Of a DNA stretch of 64,000 nt, positions 37,545 through 46,296 are shown piece by piece. Source of the DNA: a bacterium (lineage in GTDB: Bacteria; UBA10199; 2-02-FULL-50-16; JAJFLM01); NCBI GenBank assembly GCA_965216315.1, contig CBDCFN010000016.1:320001-384000 (forward strand), in the 5' to 3' direction. The position numbers and the translations under genes were made by a program. Below the pieces are notes generated by a model. The model searched no databases. It was not told where the DNA came from and saw only the letters and a program-made list of their open reading frames with translations. The stretch's first letter is position 1, and each line of letters starts with the position of its first letter.

Positions 37545-38039
37545 ATGGAAGATAAAGCACCCGATAAAGAAGCGATTCCCGATACGCTGGGAGGCGTTGG
37601 CGAAGAGGGGCACGATCCCTATTTAGATCAGCTGGATAGTTCCTTGGAAGACCTCGGTGACGAGGAGGCGACGCGTTATGATATTCCCGCGGACACGCCG
37701 GCGCCTGGCAACCAGCTGCCTCCGGAGGCGCCGCTTGACCCGATGCCGGCCACGCCAGAGGAGCCGCCCGCGACGCCGGCGCCGACCATGGGTATGGATG
37801 AGGCCTTGGAAAATGCCGCGGCCATTCCGGTTTCATTGCGGGTCGTGATTGGAGATCGAGCGACAACTCTAGGCGAATTACTCAAGCTGAAGAAGGGGGA
37901 GTTGCTCGAACTCGATCGGGGGCTTGATTCGGCCGTCGACCTGATGGTCCAGGATAAGGTCGTGGCCCGTGGTGAGCTCGTCGAGATCGATGGGCGGATG
38001 GGTGTACGCATCATTCGTATCTTTGAGAATGCCTCATGA
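37545..38039 (+). CDS. FliN-like / SctQ-C SPOA protein
   Basis: IPVSLRVVIG...LGELLKLKKGELLELD...VARGELVEIDGRMGVRI. Confidence 0.9.
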   Translation: MEDKAPDKEAIPDTLGGVGEEGHDPYLDQLDSSLEDLGDEEATRYDIPADTPAPGNQLPPEAPLDPMPATPEEPPATPAPTMGMDEALENAAAIPVSLRVVIGDRATTLGELLKLKKGELLELDRGLDSAVDLMVQDKVVARGELVEIDGRMGVRIIRIFENAS

Positions 38040-38365
38040 TGACGTTTTGGGTCTTAGGAGCGGCGACGAGTACGGATGCAACCGTGGCGGCGTCCGAGCT
38101 CGATTACAGCGGGCTTTTCATCAAGATGGTCATTTTACTCATCTTGATTGTCGTAATGGGCTTCGTGTTGATGCGCTATTTAGGTCACTCCGCCAAGGCC
38201 CGGGGACGGGGTTCGGGGGCGCATTTTGAACTGATTTCCTGGTTTCGCTTGGAGCCCAAAAAGACGGTTTATTTGCTCAAGATCGGCAAACGAATCTTTG
38301 CCGTCGGGTCAGGAGACTCACAACTTAACCTGCTAGCGGAGATTGATGCGAGTGATCTGGAATAA
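38036..38365 (+). CDS. fliO: FliO-like export-gate assembly protein
   Basis: Single TM then LEPKKTVYLLKIGKRIFAVGSGDSQLNLLAEI; directly upstream of the FliP homologue. Confidence 0.75.
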   Translation: MMTFWVLGAATSTDATVAASELDYSGLFIKMVILLILIVVMGFVLMRYLGHSAKARGRGSGAHFELISWFRLEPKKTVYLLKIGKRIFAVGSGDSQLNLLAEIDASDLE

Positions 38366-39233
38366 ATTAGGGGGGTTGAGGGGGACTTTACTAAGCCTCT
38401 TTTTTCTCCTCCTTCCCGCCATAACGTTTGCTCAAGAGCGGATTGACCAGCCCGATGCCGGTCTCGCGCCCGAGGGGGTCAGCCGACCGCTGGTCATGCT
38501 CCTGGTCCTGGCTGGCTTGGTTCTGTTGCCCATCCTGGCCATGATGACGACGGCCTTCGTCAAATTAGTCGTCGTGATGTCGATGCTGCGCAATGCCCTC
38601 GGGACCCAACAAATTCCACCGACCCCGGTTATTACCGGACTGGCGCTCATTTTGACGATCTACATCATGGCGCCGGTCGGGGCGCAGATGTATAAGACGG
38701 CGGAAGAGACGATCCAGCAAGGGAGCAACCAGCCGCTCCTCTCGCAGACCTCGGTCAATATGTTGATGACGGCCATTAGTCAGGCCAAGGAACCGATGCG
38801 GGAGTTTCTCATCAAGCATACCCATCCGCAGGAGCAGAAACTTTTTTATCAGATCGGTCGGGTGATGATGAATGTCCCCGGGGCGGAGGAAGCCAAGGAG
38901 GTGACCGCGGAGGCGGCGACCGAGGCGGAGATCACGGCCGAGACTGCCGGAGAGGAAAAACCCGCCAAGAAGCCGAAAGAACTGAGTCCGACGGATTTCA
39001 TGGTCCTGATCCCGGCCTTTACAATCAGCGAGCTGACCGAGTCCTTTCAGATCGCCTTTATTATCTTTTTGCCCTTTTTGATCATCGACATTGTCGTGAC
39101 CAATATCCTGCTGGCCCTCGGGATGTTCATGGTGCCTCCGGTCACGATGTCCTTGCCGGTCAAGCTGCTCCTCTTCGTCATGGTCGATGGGTGGCATATC
39201 CTCACGAAGGCACTCATTACCGGTTATATGTAG
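38343..39233 (+). CDS. sctR: Export apparatus SctR/FliP
   Basis: LRNALGTQQIPP, LIPAFTISEL, FLPFLIIDIVV, SLPVKLLLFVMVDGW; start codon uncertain. Confidence 0.95.
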   Translation: MMRVIWNKLGGLRGTLLSLFFLLLPAITFAQERIDQPDAGLAPEGVSRPLVMLLVLAGLVLLPILAMMTTAFVKLVVVMSMLRNALGTQQIPPTPVITGLALILTIYIMAPVGAQMYKTAEETIQQGSNQPLLSQTSVNMLMTAISQAKEPMREFLIKHTHPQEQKLFYQIGRVMMNVPGAEEAKEVTAEAATEAEITAETAGEEKPAKKPKELSPTDFMVLIPAFTISELTESFQIAFIIFLPFLIIDIVVTNILLALGMFMVPPVTMSLPVKLLLFVMVDGWHILTKALITGYM

Positions 39234-39399
39234 GAGAGACTTTATGAGCTTCAAAACGAAATGGTTGCGAGAGAGAGCGGATTTACTCCGGTCGAACGAG
39301 CCGGTCGGGGGTTCGGGGGTGTTGGGCCAAGCACACACCCCCGTTTCGAATGATGGGTGGCATATCCTCACGAAGGCACTGATTACGGGGTACATGTAA
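39234..39399 (+). repeat. Hairpin insert plus duplicated sctR 3' end forming a 51-aa mini-ORF (39244-39399)
   Basis: 39352-39399 repeats 39186-39233 with 5 third-position changes; internal hairpin CGGGGGTGT...ACACCCCCG. Confidence 0.85.
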
Positions 39400-39408
39400 G
39401 GAGTTTCG

Positions 39409-39675
39409 ATGGATGCCTATATAATCAGCATTTCGCGTCAAACTCTTTATCTGACCTTGATCCTCACCGCGGCGCCGGTGGGGGCCGCCTTGATCGTCGG
39501 TCTCGCCGTCAGCCTCCTGCAGGCGACGACACAGATCCAAGAGCAGACCCTGACCTTCGTCCCTAAGCTGGTCATCGTCTTCGTGCTGCTCTCGGTATTA
39601 GGACCGTGGTCGTTTTTTCAGGTGGTCGCCTTTATGAATAGCCTGATCGAGAACATCCCACAGGTGATTAAGTGA
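39409..39675 (+). CDS. sctS: Export apparatus SctS/FliQ
   Basis: VGLAVSLLQATTQIQEQTLTFVPKL. Confidence 0.95.
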   Translation: MDAYIISISRQTLYLTLILTAAPVGAALIVGLAVSLLQATTQIQEQTLTFVPKLVIVFVLLSVLGPWSFFQVVAFMNSLIENIPQVIK

Positions 39676-39689
39676 AGCGGAGGTGATCG

Positions 39690-40514
39690 ATGGAGCAAGT
39701 CCTCCAGCTGCTCGGCTTTGAAATCGATTCCGGTCCGGCGCTCATCACGATGATGCTGATTTTGACGCGCATCTTTATCATCATCAACTTGATCCCCTTT
39801 CTCTTCGGCAATCCCGTCCCTGGGCTCGTCAAGCTTGGGGCTACCTTCATTTTTGTTGTCATCTTGTTTCCGTACATCTATCCGGGGGTGCCGGAAGGGG
39901 CCTATGACAACACCCTGTTTGTCGTGACGCTCTTTGTGAAAGAGGCCTTTTATGGGTCGGTGTTGGGACTCGTTGTCTCGATGATCTTTTATGCCTTTGA
40001 TTCCGCGGGGCAGATCATCGACAACCAGCGCGGGGCCTCGATGGCCCAGATCTTTTCACCCCAGACCGGGCGCCAGGTGACGATTTTTGGGTCCTTTACC
40101 TTTCAGCTGTCGGTCGTGATGTTCTTGTCTTTCGGGGGGCACATCATGTTCTTTCAGGCCCTCGGCCAGAGCTATGCCTACCTGCCCATCTATGAGATGC
40201 CGGCGGCCGGGGTCAATTTCTACAGCACGGTGATTCACTTCATCAAGGTGACGGGGACGGTCCTCTTTATCGCTGCCCAGTTGGCGGCCCCGATCCTGAT
40301 TTCGATCTTCGTCGTCGACCTGATCCTCGGCGTCATGAACCGCATCTCGCCGGCGATCAACGTGTTGACGCTCGGTTTCGCGATTCGCGGTATCATGGGG
40401 GTACTGATCTTCTTCCTCGCCTTTACGACGATTGCCTATCAGATGAAGGTCCTGTCGATCCAGAGTCTGGAGAATGTCACCCGGACGATTCGTTTTTTGG
40501 CGACGGGCGGGTGA
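39690..40514 (+). CDS. sctT: Export apparatus SctT/FliR
   Basis: AGQIIDNQRGASMAQIFSP, DLILGVMNRISPAINV; multiple TMs. Confidence 0.93.
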   Translation: MEQVLQLLGFEIDSGPALITMMLILTRIFIIINLIPFLFGNPVPGLVKLGATFIFVVILFPYIYPGVPEGAYDNTLFVVTLFVKEAFYGSVLGLVVSMIFYAFDSAGQIIDNQRGASMAQIFSPQTGRQVTIFGSFTFQLSVVMFLSFGGHIMFFQALGQSYAYLPIYEMPAAGVNFYSTVIHFIKVTGTVLFIAAQLAAPILISIFVVDLILGVMNRISPAINVLTLGFAIRGIMGVLIFFLAFTTIAYQMKVLSIQSLENVTRTIRFLATGG

Positions 40515-40552
40515 TTTTTCCAATTTTCGCATAACTTTTCCTTAATTTTCCG

Positions 40553-40579
40553 GCAACTTTGGGTCGCTCGAGGCGATAA
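40553..40579 (+). promoter_or_regulatory. Putative sigma28-like promoter GCAACT-N15-CGATAA
   Basis: Recurring motif immediately upstream of ORF 40590. Confidence 0.65.
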
Positions 40580-40589
40580 GCGGGTCGTA

Positions 40590-42743
40590 ATGGCTTATTT
40601 TATGGCGGGGGGGATTGCCACGACTCAGCTTGCGTCGGCTGGTGTCCCTGCCCTGAATTCAGGAATTTTATCAGCCCAGTTGCTCAGCCAACCGGCGGTC
40701 TTCGGCGAAATGGCGCCCGGAGCCCCGTTGGCCCTGTCGCTGCAAAGCCCTTATTCCCTGCAACGAACCCAGGCCCGCGAGAATGCCGCGACCGACGCGA
40801 CCTTTCAGGCCGCCGTTCAATTGTTGGACGATATTCAGCGTGGCGTTGATCCCGCGGAGGGAACGGCCGCCGCGTCATTGGATCGCGCTCGTGCGGCGAC
40901 CTTTGTCAGCCGCCTCCAGCGCGAGATCGATCAGGCCTTAGCGCAGACCGCACTCGGTGACCTGGCGGAACCGCTCCGCCAAATAATGACGCAGCATCCG
41001 GAGTTGGCGACTGCCGACCTGGCGACCTGGCGGGAAAATGACTTAGGCCGTAACTTTATCGAGCGCGTCAAAAATCTCTATCGTGAGCAATATTTAGGTT
41101 TTAGCGCCTTTCGTGCAACGACGCAGCTTCCCGGGACGGAGCAGGTTGCCGCCTTGGAAAATGCGGTGCGGGCGATCTATGGCGACGCCGGCCAGGCGCT
41201 GCTCTCCGAGCTGGCGCAAGAAAATCTCAGTGAACTCTTACAACGCGAGAGCTTGGCCGAGCGGGTTTCGCCGGAGGTGTTAGCCAGGCTTTTCCCCGCG
41301 GGACAGCCGCCGTTGACCGAGCGGTACCAAAAAATGGGTCACATGGCCCTGTTTGCGCGCTTTGTCGTGACGCAGCGTCAGTTCATGGAATCCCTCGTCG
41401 GTTCCCCGGAGCGCGTCGAACTCTTTTGGACCTTGCGTGGCTTGGAACTAGAGATGTCGCGACGGGATGATTTCGAGTCGGATGCGTTCAAGACCTTGAT
41501 GCGGCGGGTCCAGATGCCGGACTTAAGCCCCGTTGACCGGAGCCGTTATTTCGCCCTCCAAGAGGCTGTGGCCAAGAGTGGGGCGAATCCGGATCCAGCC
41601 CTCCAGGCGCAAGTCACCGAAGCGCTCCATTATTTTTCTCAGCGGACCGGTGAAACCGATTTAGCAACGGATGCTGGCCAGCATTTTGCCTACCGGGATG
41701 TCGTGCAACAGGTGGCGCTCCTGGCGCTCCGCGTCGGCGTCTCGGCGGAGGACATCAGACGGGAGACCAGCGGACAGGGGACGGCCCCATCGAATGAGCC
41801 GGTGACGCTCCAGCAGATTTATGACGGCACCCAGGTCGTGACCCTTGACGCACTGCCACCGGAAATAAAGGACATCCTTCGCGCCACGGGCCAGTGGGAT
41901 CTCGTCAATCAGGCGACGCGGCGGGTCATCCTCATGCCGGAGATCGCCTCGACGGACTACGTCAAGATGCTGGTCGGCTCGGCACCGAGCGGCCGGGGCT
42001 ATTTTGCCGACGGAACCCTGGTGATCTCGACCGCCCCGGACGGGCTGCGCTCACCGGTCTGGCGCATTGCCGGGTTGATTGCCCATGAAGCGGCGCATCT
42101 GCGCTCTTTGAATGGGATTATGGACAACCCGCAAGAGCTGATGGGAATGACCTCGAATGTACCTCAAGAGCGGGAGGCCTATGCCTGGGAGTCGAAGTTT
42201 TATCGGAGCTTTCTCAGTCGCTTTGGATCCCGCCTCAATGACGCGGATCGCGCCGCCATTGAGCAAACCGTTTTCAATACCGAGTCCATCGTCTATGCGA
42301 CCAATCTGCTCTTGAGCCATTCATTAGAGGACCTGGAGCCGGGGCGTGGGCTGCAGGCCGATCTGGAAATGCGGCGGTATGGCGGGCTGACCGTCGGGCA
42401 GTTGGATATCAATAGTTATCCGGAGCGGTTGCGGGACTTGATCGGGAGGATTGAGTTTAGTGGGGTCGACGGCATCCATCTCAGTAATTTGCGTTCCCGG
42501 CTGCGGCGTCGGATCGAAGATCTCGAACGGGCGCTCCAGGCGTCGCTACGGTTTCAACGCGAAGAGTTGGAGGCGCTGCGTCGGCAGACCGGATCCGACG
42601 CGCTCAGTCCCGAGGCGATTGCCGCCTTTGAGCAGCAGTTGACCGAGATGCCGGACGGGATCCGTCGGAGCCTTGAGGCCTATCGGCGGCAGTTTGGGTT
42701 GTTGGGGCAGGATAACGGGCATGCCGCGGTCAAACTTACCTAA
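40590..42743 (+). CDS. Putative effector with a zincin HExxH motif
   Basis: IAGLIAHEAAH plus downstream EREAY; Ala/Ser/Leu/Pro-rich N-terminus. Confidence 0.65.
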   Translation: MAYFMAGGIATTQLASAGVPALNSGILSAQLLSQPAVFGEMAPGAPLALSLQSPYSLQRTQARENAATDATFQAAVQLLDDIQRGVDPAEGTAAASLDRARAATFVSRLQREIDQALAQTALGDLAEPLRQIMTQHPELATADLATWRENDLGRNFIERVKNLYREQYLGFSAFRATTQLPGTEQVAALENAVRAIYGDAGQALLSELAQENLSELLQRESLAERVSPEVLARLFPAGQPPLTERYQKMGHMALFARFVVTQRQFMESLVGSPERVELFWTLRGLELEMSRRDDFESDAFKTLMRRVQMPDLSPVDRSRYFALQEAVAKSGANPDPALQAQVTEALHYFSQRTGETDLATDAGQHFAYRDVVQQVALLALRVGVSAEDIRRETSGQGTAPSNEPVTLQQIYDGTQVVTLDALPPEIKDILRATGQWDLVNQATRRVILMPEIASTDYVKMLVGSAPSGRGYFADGTLVISTAPDGLRSPVWRIAGLIAHEAAHLRSLNGIMDNPQELMGMTSNVPQEREAYAWESKFYRSFLSRFGSRLNDADRAAIEQTVFNTESIVYATNLLLSHSLEDLEPGRGLQADLEMRRYGGLTVGQLDINSYPERLRDLIGRIEFSGVDGIHLSNLRSRLRRRIEDLERALQASLRFQREELEALRRQTGSDALSPEAIAAFEQQLTEMPDGIRRSLEAYRRQFGLLGQDNGHAAVKLT

Positions 42744-42887
42744 TATTCTTTAACTTGGCCGCAACTGGAGCCGAGCGATCAGCGAAGAATGAGCTGGCGT
42801 TGAGATGAATGCCGCGAAATTTTTCAACTATTTGAATTTATTGAATAAATTTCTTTCAACTATTGGGATGAATTTGCCAATAAGGCG

Positions 42888-42914
42888 GCAACTATTCGTC
42901 GATCGAGCCGATAA
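42888..42914 (+). promoter_or_regulatory. Putative sigma28-like promoter GCAACT-N15-CGATAA (GCCGATAA -10)
   Basis: Canonical sigma28 -10 GCCGATAA; weaker copies at 42761 and ~42856. Confidence 0.75.
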
Positions 42915-42937
42915 TCTAGATTAGAGATTATTTTATT

Positions 42938-44413
42938 ATGGGCAGTTATAGCATTTCAATTAGCGGCGCGCATACCCAGACCCTGACCGGGTCGGTGGCC
43001 ATCACGCGGGATGGGAATTTTACCGCGACGGAGCATGGCGCGGCCAAAACCGCCGTCCGTCAGGCCCTCGTTGCGGCAGGCTATTTCGATGGCGGGGGCG
43101 GCCGCTGGTATAAAGATCTTAATGGCGATGGCAATTATACTGCCGATGAGCGCGTCAATATCAGCGTTTCCTTATCCGGCGGCAGCGGTGCGAATTCCAC
43201 CGAGTGGAGCGGCGGGATTGGGACCCTGATGGGGGGAAGTCCTCCGACGGCCATCCCGATGTCCGGGAGTGGCGATACCAACGGCGGCGGTGATACGAAT
43301 GGGACGAACAATGGCACCGGCAATGGCAGTGGCGGTCGGCGTGGGAGCGGAGGACGTACGAGCGGTGGCGGTGGGACGAGTCGCACGACGACTAGTGACC
43401 CCAGCACCTGGACCGGCTATCCGATGCGCATCCGCGTCAAAAAGTCTGATGGGACCTGGGGCGAGTGGCGCACGATCCCTCACGGCCAGGATAACAATTA
43501 TGACGCGAGTGATGCCGAAATCCGCCAGTTGCTCGGGGTTTTGGAAAACGATGATACCGGAGACATGAATGCCCAGGTTCAGGTCGAGTATCAACGCAAT
43601 GGCAGTTGGGGACATGCGGATTCCTTCGATCAATTAGGTCCCCTCTATACCCGGGCCGGGATGGTCCGCCCGGGGGCGACGTCGGGGATGGGCAACGCGA
43701 CGATCAGTTACCGGGATGGCTCGCGGACACGAACGGTGACGGTGCAGTACCGTCTCGATCCCAATTCTGAAGGGGATGTCAGTCACGCCGAGGCGACGCG
43801 CATTCAAGAAATTTTTCGCAACATTCCCGGTTATCAAAGCAGCTGGCGGATCACGCAGGTGCAAGCGGAGGGCAAGACCCTGAATGCCGGTGCTTGGGCG
43901 AGCCGCCTGAGCCCGGATTATCGCTCGCCCAACAGCTCCGGGACTCCCGACGATTTTCTCGATGATTCCTTGAATCGCGGTTTTCTGGCCCGTTTGAGTC
44001 GCAACCGGCAGAGTCGCCGGGCGGAACAGCGGCGTTTGACCGCCATGTTGAATAATCTCCTCAGAGGCGGCCGGCTGAACTGGCGGACCTTCTTAAGCTA
44101 CATCAATCTCAGTGCGATGCGGCGCGAGGCCGTCGTGAACGAGTCCTTGAGCTGGGCGGTGCAGAGCCTGTCCGAAATCGAGGCCCGCCAGGGTGAACTC
44201 AATACCGAATTGCGCGGGCTGAGTTCGTCGGACCGCAACCGCTATACCTCGAGCATGACGCGCATCAACAACGAGCTCAATGAGCTCTCCGGGCAGCGTA
44301 ATTCAATCATGAGCTTTGTCCGCGACTCCAAGTCGGTCTCTGATGAAGGGAAGGAACTCGCGAAGAGTCTCTACGCCGAGCTCCAGCAGGAAGAAATGTT
44401 GATGCGCTTCTAG
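42938..44413 (+). CDS. Putative T3SS substrate, paralogue A (shared C-terminal helical module)
   Basis: Gly/Thr-rich linker, DLNGDG motif; strong similarity to 44685. Confidence 0.75.
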   Translation: MGSYSISISGAHTQTLTGSVAITRDGNFTATEHGAAKTAVRQALVAAGYFDGGGGRWYKDLNGDGNYTADERVNISVSLSGGSGANSTEWSGGIGTLMGGSPPTAIPMSGSGDTNGGGDTNGTNNGTGNGSGGRRGSGGRTSGGGGTSRTTTSDPSTWTGYPMRIRVKKSDGTWGEWRTIPHGQDNNYDASDAEIRQLLGVLENDDTGDMNAQVQVEYQRNGSWGHADSFDQLGPLYTRAGMVRPGATSGMGNATISYRDGSRTRTVTVQYRLDPNSEGDVSHAEATRIQEIFRNIPGYQSSWRITQVQAEGKTLNAGAWASRLSPDYRSPNSSGTPDDFLDDSLNRGFLARLSRNRQSRRAEQRRLTAMLNNLLRGGRLNWRTFLSYINLSAMRREAVVNESLSWAVQSLSEIEARQGELNTELRGLSSSDRNRYTSSMTRINNELNELSGQRNSIMSFVRDSKSVSDEGKELAKSLYAELQQEEMLMRF

Positions 44414-44432
44414 GCAGTGCACGCTGTCCCCC

Positions 44433-44616
44433 GCAACTGGAACTAGAACCCCCACGAAAACACTATGTCGGAGAATTTTAAGCGGACATCTGGGGTCTGT
44501 AGACCTCAAATCCCGGTCCCCTGGACCCGATTTCGTTGATCCCGGGCCGCCGTTTTAATTGTAAGTATTTGAAATTATAAAGGAAATTATTTCCGCCCCT
44601 TGGCATGAAACTTGCT
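44433..44616 (+). promoter_or_regulatory. Composite promoter: sigma28-like (44433-44460), UAS (44491-44508), IHF-like (44562-44574), sigma54 (44601-44616)
   Basis: GCAACT-N16-CGAAAA; TGGGGTCT-GT-AGACCTCA; TTTCAAATACTTA on the minus strand; TGGCATGAAACTTGCT. Confidence 0.75.
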
Positions 44617-44684
44617 ACTTAATTGGGCGGAGACCAAGGGTCCGTGAGGACCATAACAGACGCTAGAATTTATTAGGAATAACG

Positions 44685-46067
44685 ATGGCAACGGCATCAT
44701 TTACCATAACCTATACGAAAAACGGCACTCAGCACACGGCCAATATCACCACGGGTGAACTCGATCGCAACGGTGACGGTCAGGTAACGGCTCGTGAAGT
44801 TGATGAGGCAGTCTCTGCGGCGATCCGCGACTACCGGGTTGATGGTAATCGGGTATTTAACTGCGCGGATAGTGCGACGGCGATTACTGGCCGTTCCGGC
44901 GTAACCATTGATAGTCGCAGTGATGTGACGCTTTCCAATTTGACCGGGCATACGAGTTTTACAATGCCGGCGGTGCTCAATCGAAGTTCTTTATCCGCAC
45001 CGGTCCGGACGAGCAACGCGAGCGATCACTCGACCTGGACCGGACGGCCGATGCGCATCCGCGTCAAGAACGCCGATGGTTCCTGGGGACCGTGGCACGA
45101 GATTCCGCACAGCATGGACACTAATTCTGCCGTGAGTAACGAGGAGTTAGCCCGGTTGCTTGGCACACTTCCCTCAAATGAAACCGGTAATATGGGTGCC
45201 GATGTCCAGATTCAGTACCAGAATTCGAGTGGGCAATGGCACCGTTCCAGCGTTCATAATGAGGACTTGGGCAATCTCTATCCCCGCGCCGGCGTGACCC
45301 CGCCGGGAACCGGTGATGGCATGGGCTGGGCGACTATTAAATATCGGGATGGTAATAATACCCGGACGGTTCGTGTCCAGTACCGCTTGGACCCGAATTC
45401 GCCCAACGACGTCAACCACACCGAGGCGACCCGCATTCGAGATGTTTTTCGCAATCTACCCGGTTACCAAAGCTCTTGGCGCATCACCGAGATCCAGGCC
45501 GAAGGCCAGACTTTGGATGCCGGTGGGTTCGCCAGTCGTCTGAGTGATGACTATGTCTCGCCGAATAATCCTAATAATCCGGATAACCCGGATGACCCGA
45601 ACAATCCGGTCAATGGGGCGATTACGCGTAACCTGACCGAGCGCTTGGGCCGGAGTCGTCGCAGCAGTAAGGCGCAGCAGCGGCAGATCACGATGATCCT
45701 GCAGAGTCTGCTTAGAGGCGGTAATCTAAATTGGCGGACCTTTTTGAGCTATATCAATATGAGTACGATGCGGCGTGAGGCCGTGATGAACGAGGCCCTG
45801 ACCTATGCGGTCCAGAGCCTGTCCGGTCTCGAACAGCGCCAGAGTGAGCTGAATACCGAATTGCGTGGCCTGAGCACGAGTGACCGGAACCGCTATACCT
45901 CGAGCATGACCCGCATCAACAACGAACTCAACGAGCTCTCCGGGCAGCGGACGGCGATCATGAACTTTGTCCGTGACTCCAAATCCGTCTCGGATGAGGG
46001 CAAGGAACTCGTCAAGAGCCTGATGGCCGAGCTGCAGCAGGAAGAAGCCCTGATGCGTTTCGCATAA
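44685..46067 (+). CDS. Putative T3SS substrate, paralogue B
   Basis: DRNGDG motif, PNNP/PDNP repeats; central and C-terminal domains closely similar to paralogue A. Confidence 0.75.
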   Translation: MATASFTITYTKNGTQHTANITTGELDRNGDGQVTAREVDEAVSAAIRDYRVDGNRVFNCADSATAITGRSGVTIDSRSDVTLSNLTGHTSFTMPAVLNRSSLSAPVRTSNASDHSTWTGRPMRIRVKNADGSWGPWHEIPHSMDTNSAVSNEELARLLGTLPSNETGNMGADVQIQYQNSSGQWHRSSVHNEDLGNLYPRAGVTPPGTGDGMGWATIKYRDGNNTRTVRVQYRLDPNSPNDVNHTEATRIRDVFRNLPGYQSSWRITEIQAEGQTLDAGGFASRLSDDYVSPNNPNNPDNPDDPNNPVNGAITRNLTERLGRSRRSSKAQQRQITMILQSLLRGGNLNWRTFLSYINMSTMRREAVMNEALTYAVQSLSGLEQRQSELNTELRGLSTSDRNRYTSSMTRINNELNELSGQRTAIMNFVRDSKSVSDEGKELVKSLMAELQQEEALMRFA

Positions 46068-46090
46068 TCTAAGTTATTGATATTAGGGAG

Positions 46091-46118
46091 AAAGGCGGCC
46101 TTCATGGCCGCCTTTTTT
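46091..46118 (+). terminator. Rho-independent terminator
   Basis: AAAGGCGGCC-TTCAT-GGCCGCCTTTTTT. Confidence 0.85.
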
Positions 46119-46123
46119 ATTGC

Positions 46124-46274
46124 TGGGGCCCTCAGCCCCCATATCCCCGCCTCCAGACCCCAGGGAGTGGGGTATTCAGGGCCTAATTTTTTGGCTTCAA
46201 ATTGTATAATCCCCTGATTTTAGGTATCATTTACTTAGTGCCCCTCTCCGGCGGAGGTTGGCATGGGTCTTGCA
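46124..46274 (+). promoter_or_regulatory. Sigma54 promoter with UAS array and IHF site
   Basis: UAS-like copies at 46124, 46145 and 46168; AATCAGGGGATTA on the minus strand (46207-46219) fits WATCARNNNNTTR; TGGCATGGGTCTTGCA at 46259-46274. Confidence 0.75.
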
Positions 46275-46296
46275 TCTTAAGTCCGCGAGGACCTCT

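Noticed and set aside
19083..40514. Calling the locus a flagellar cluster
   Set aside because: It has a short SctJ lipoprotein instead of FliF, SycD chaperones and an SctF-like gene, and no flagellin, hook, rod, L/P ring, MotAB or chemotaxis genes in the window
45560..45610. AATAATCC/GATAACCC short repeats as a CRISPR or DNA repeat
   Set aside because: Coding PNNP/PDNP linker; no spacer-repeat array or cas gene anywhere in the window
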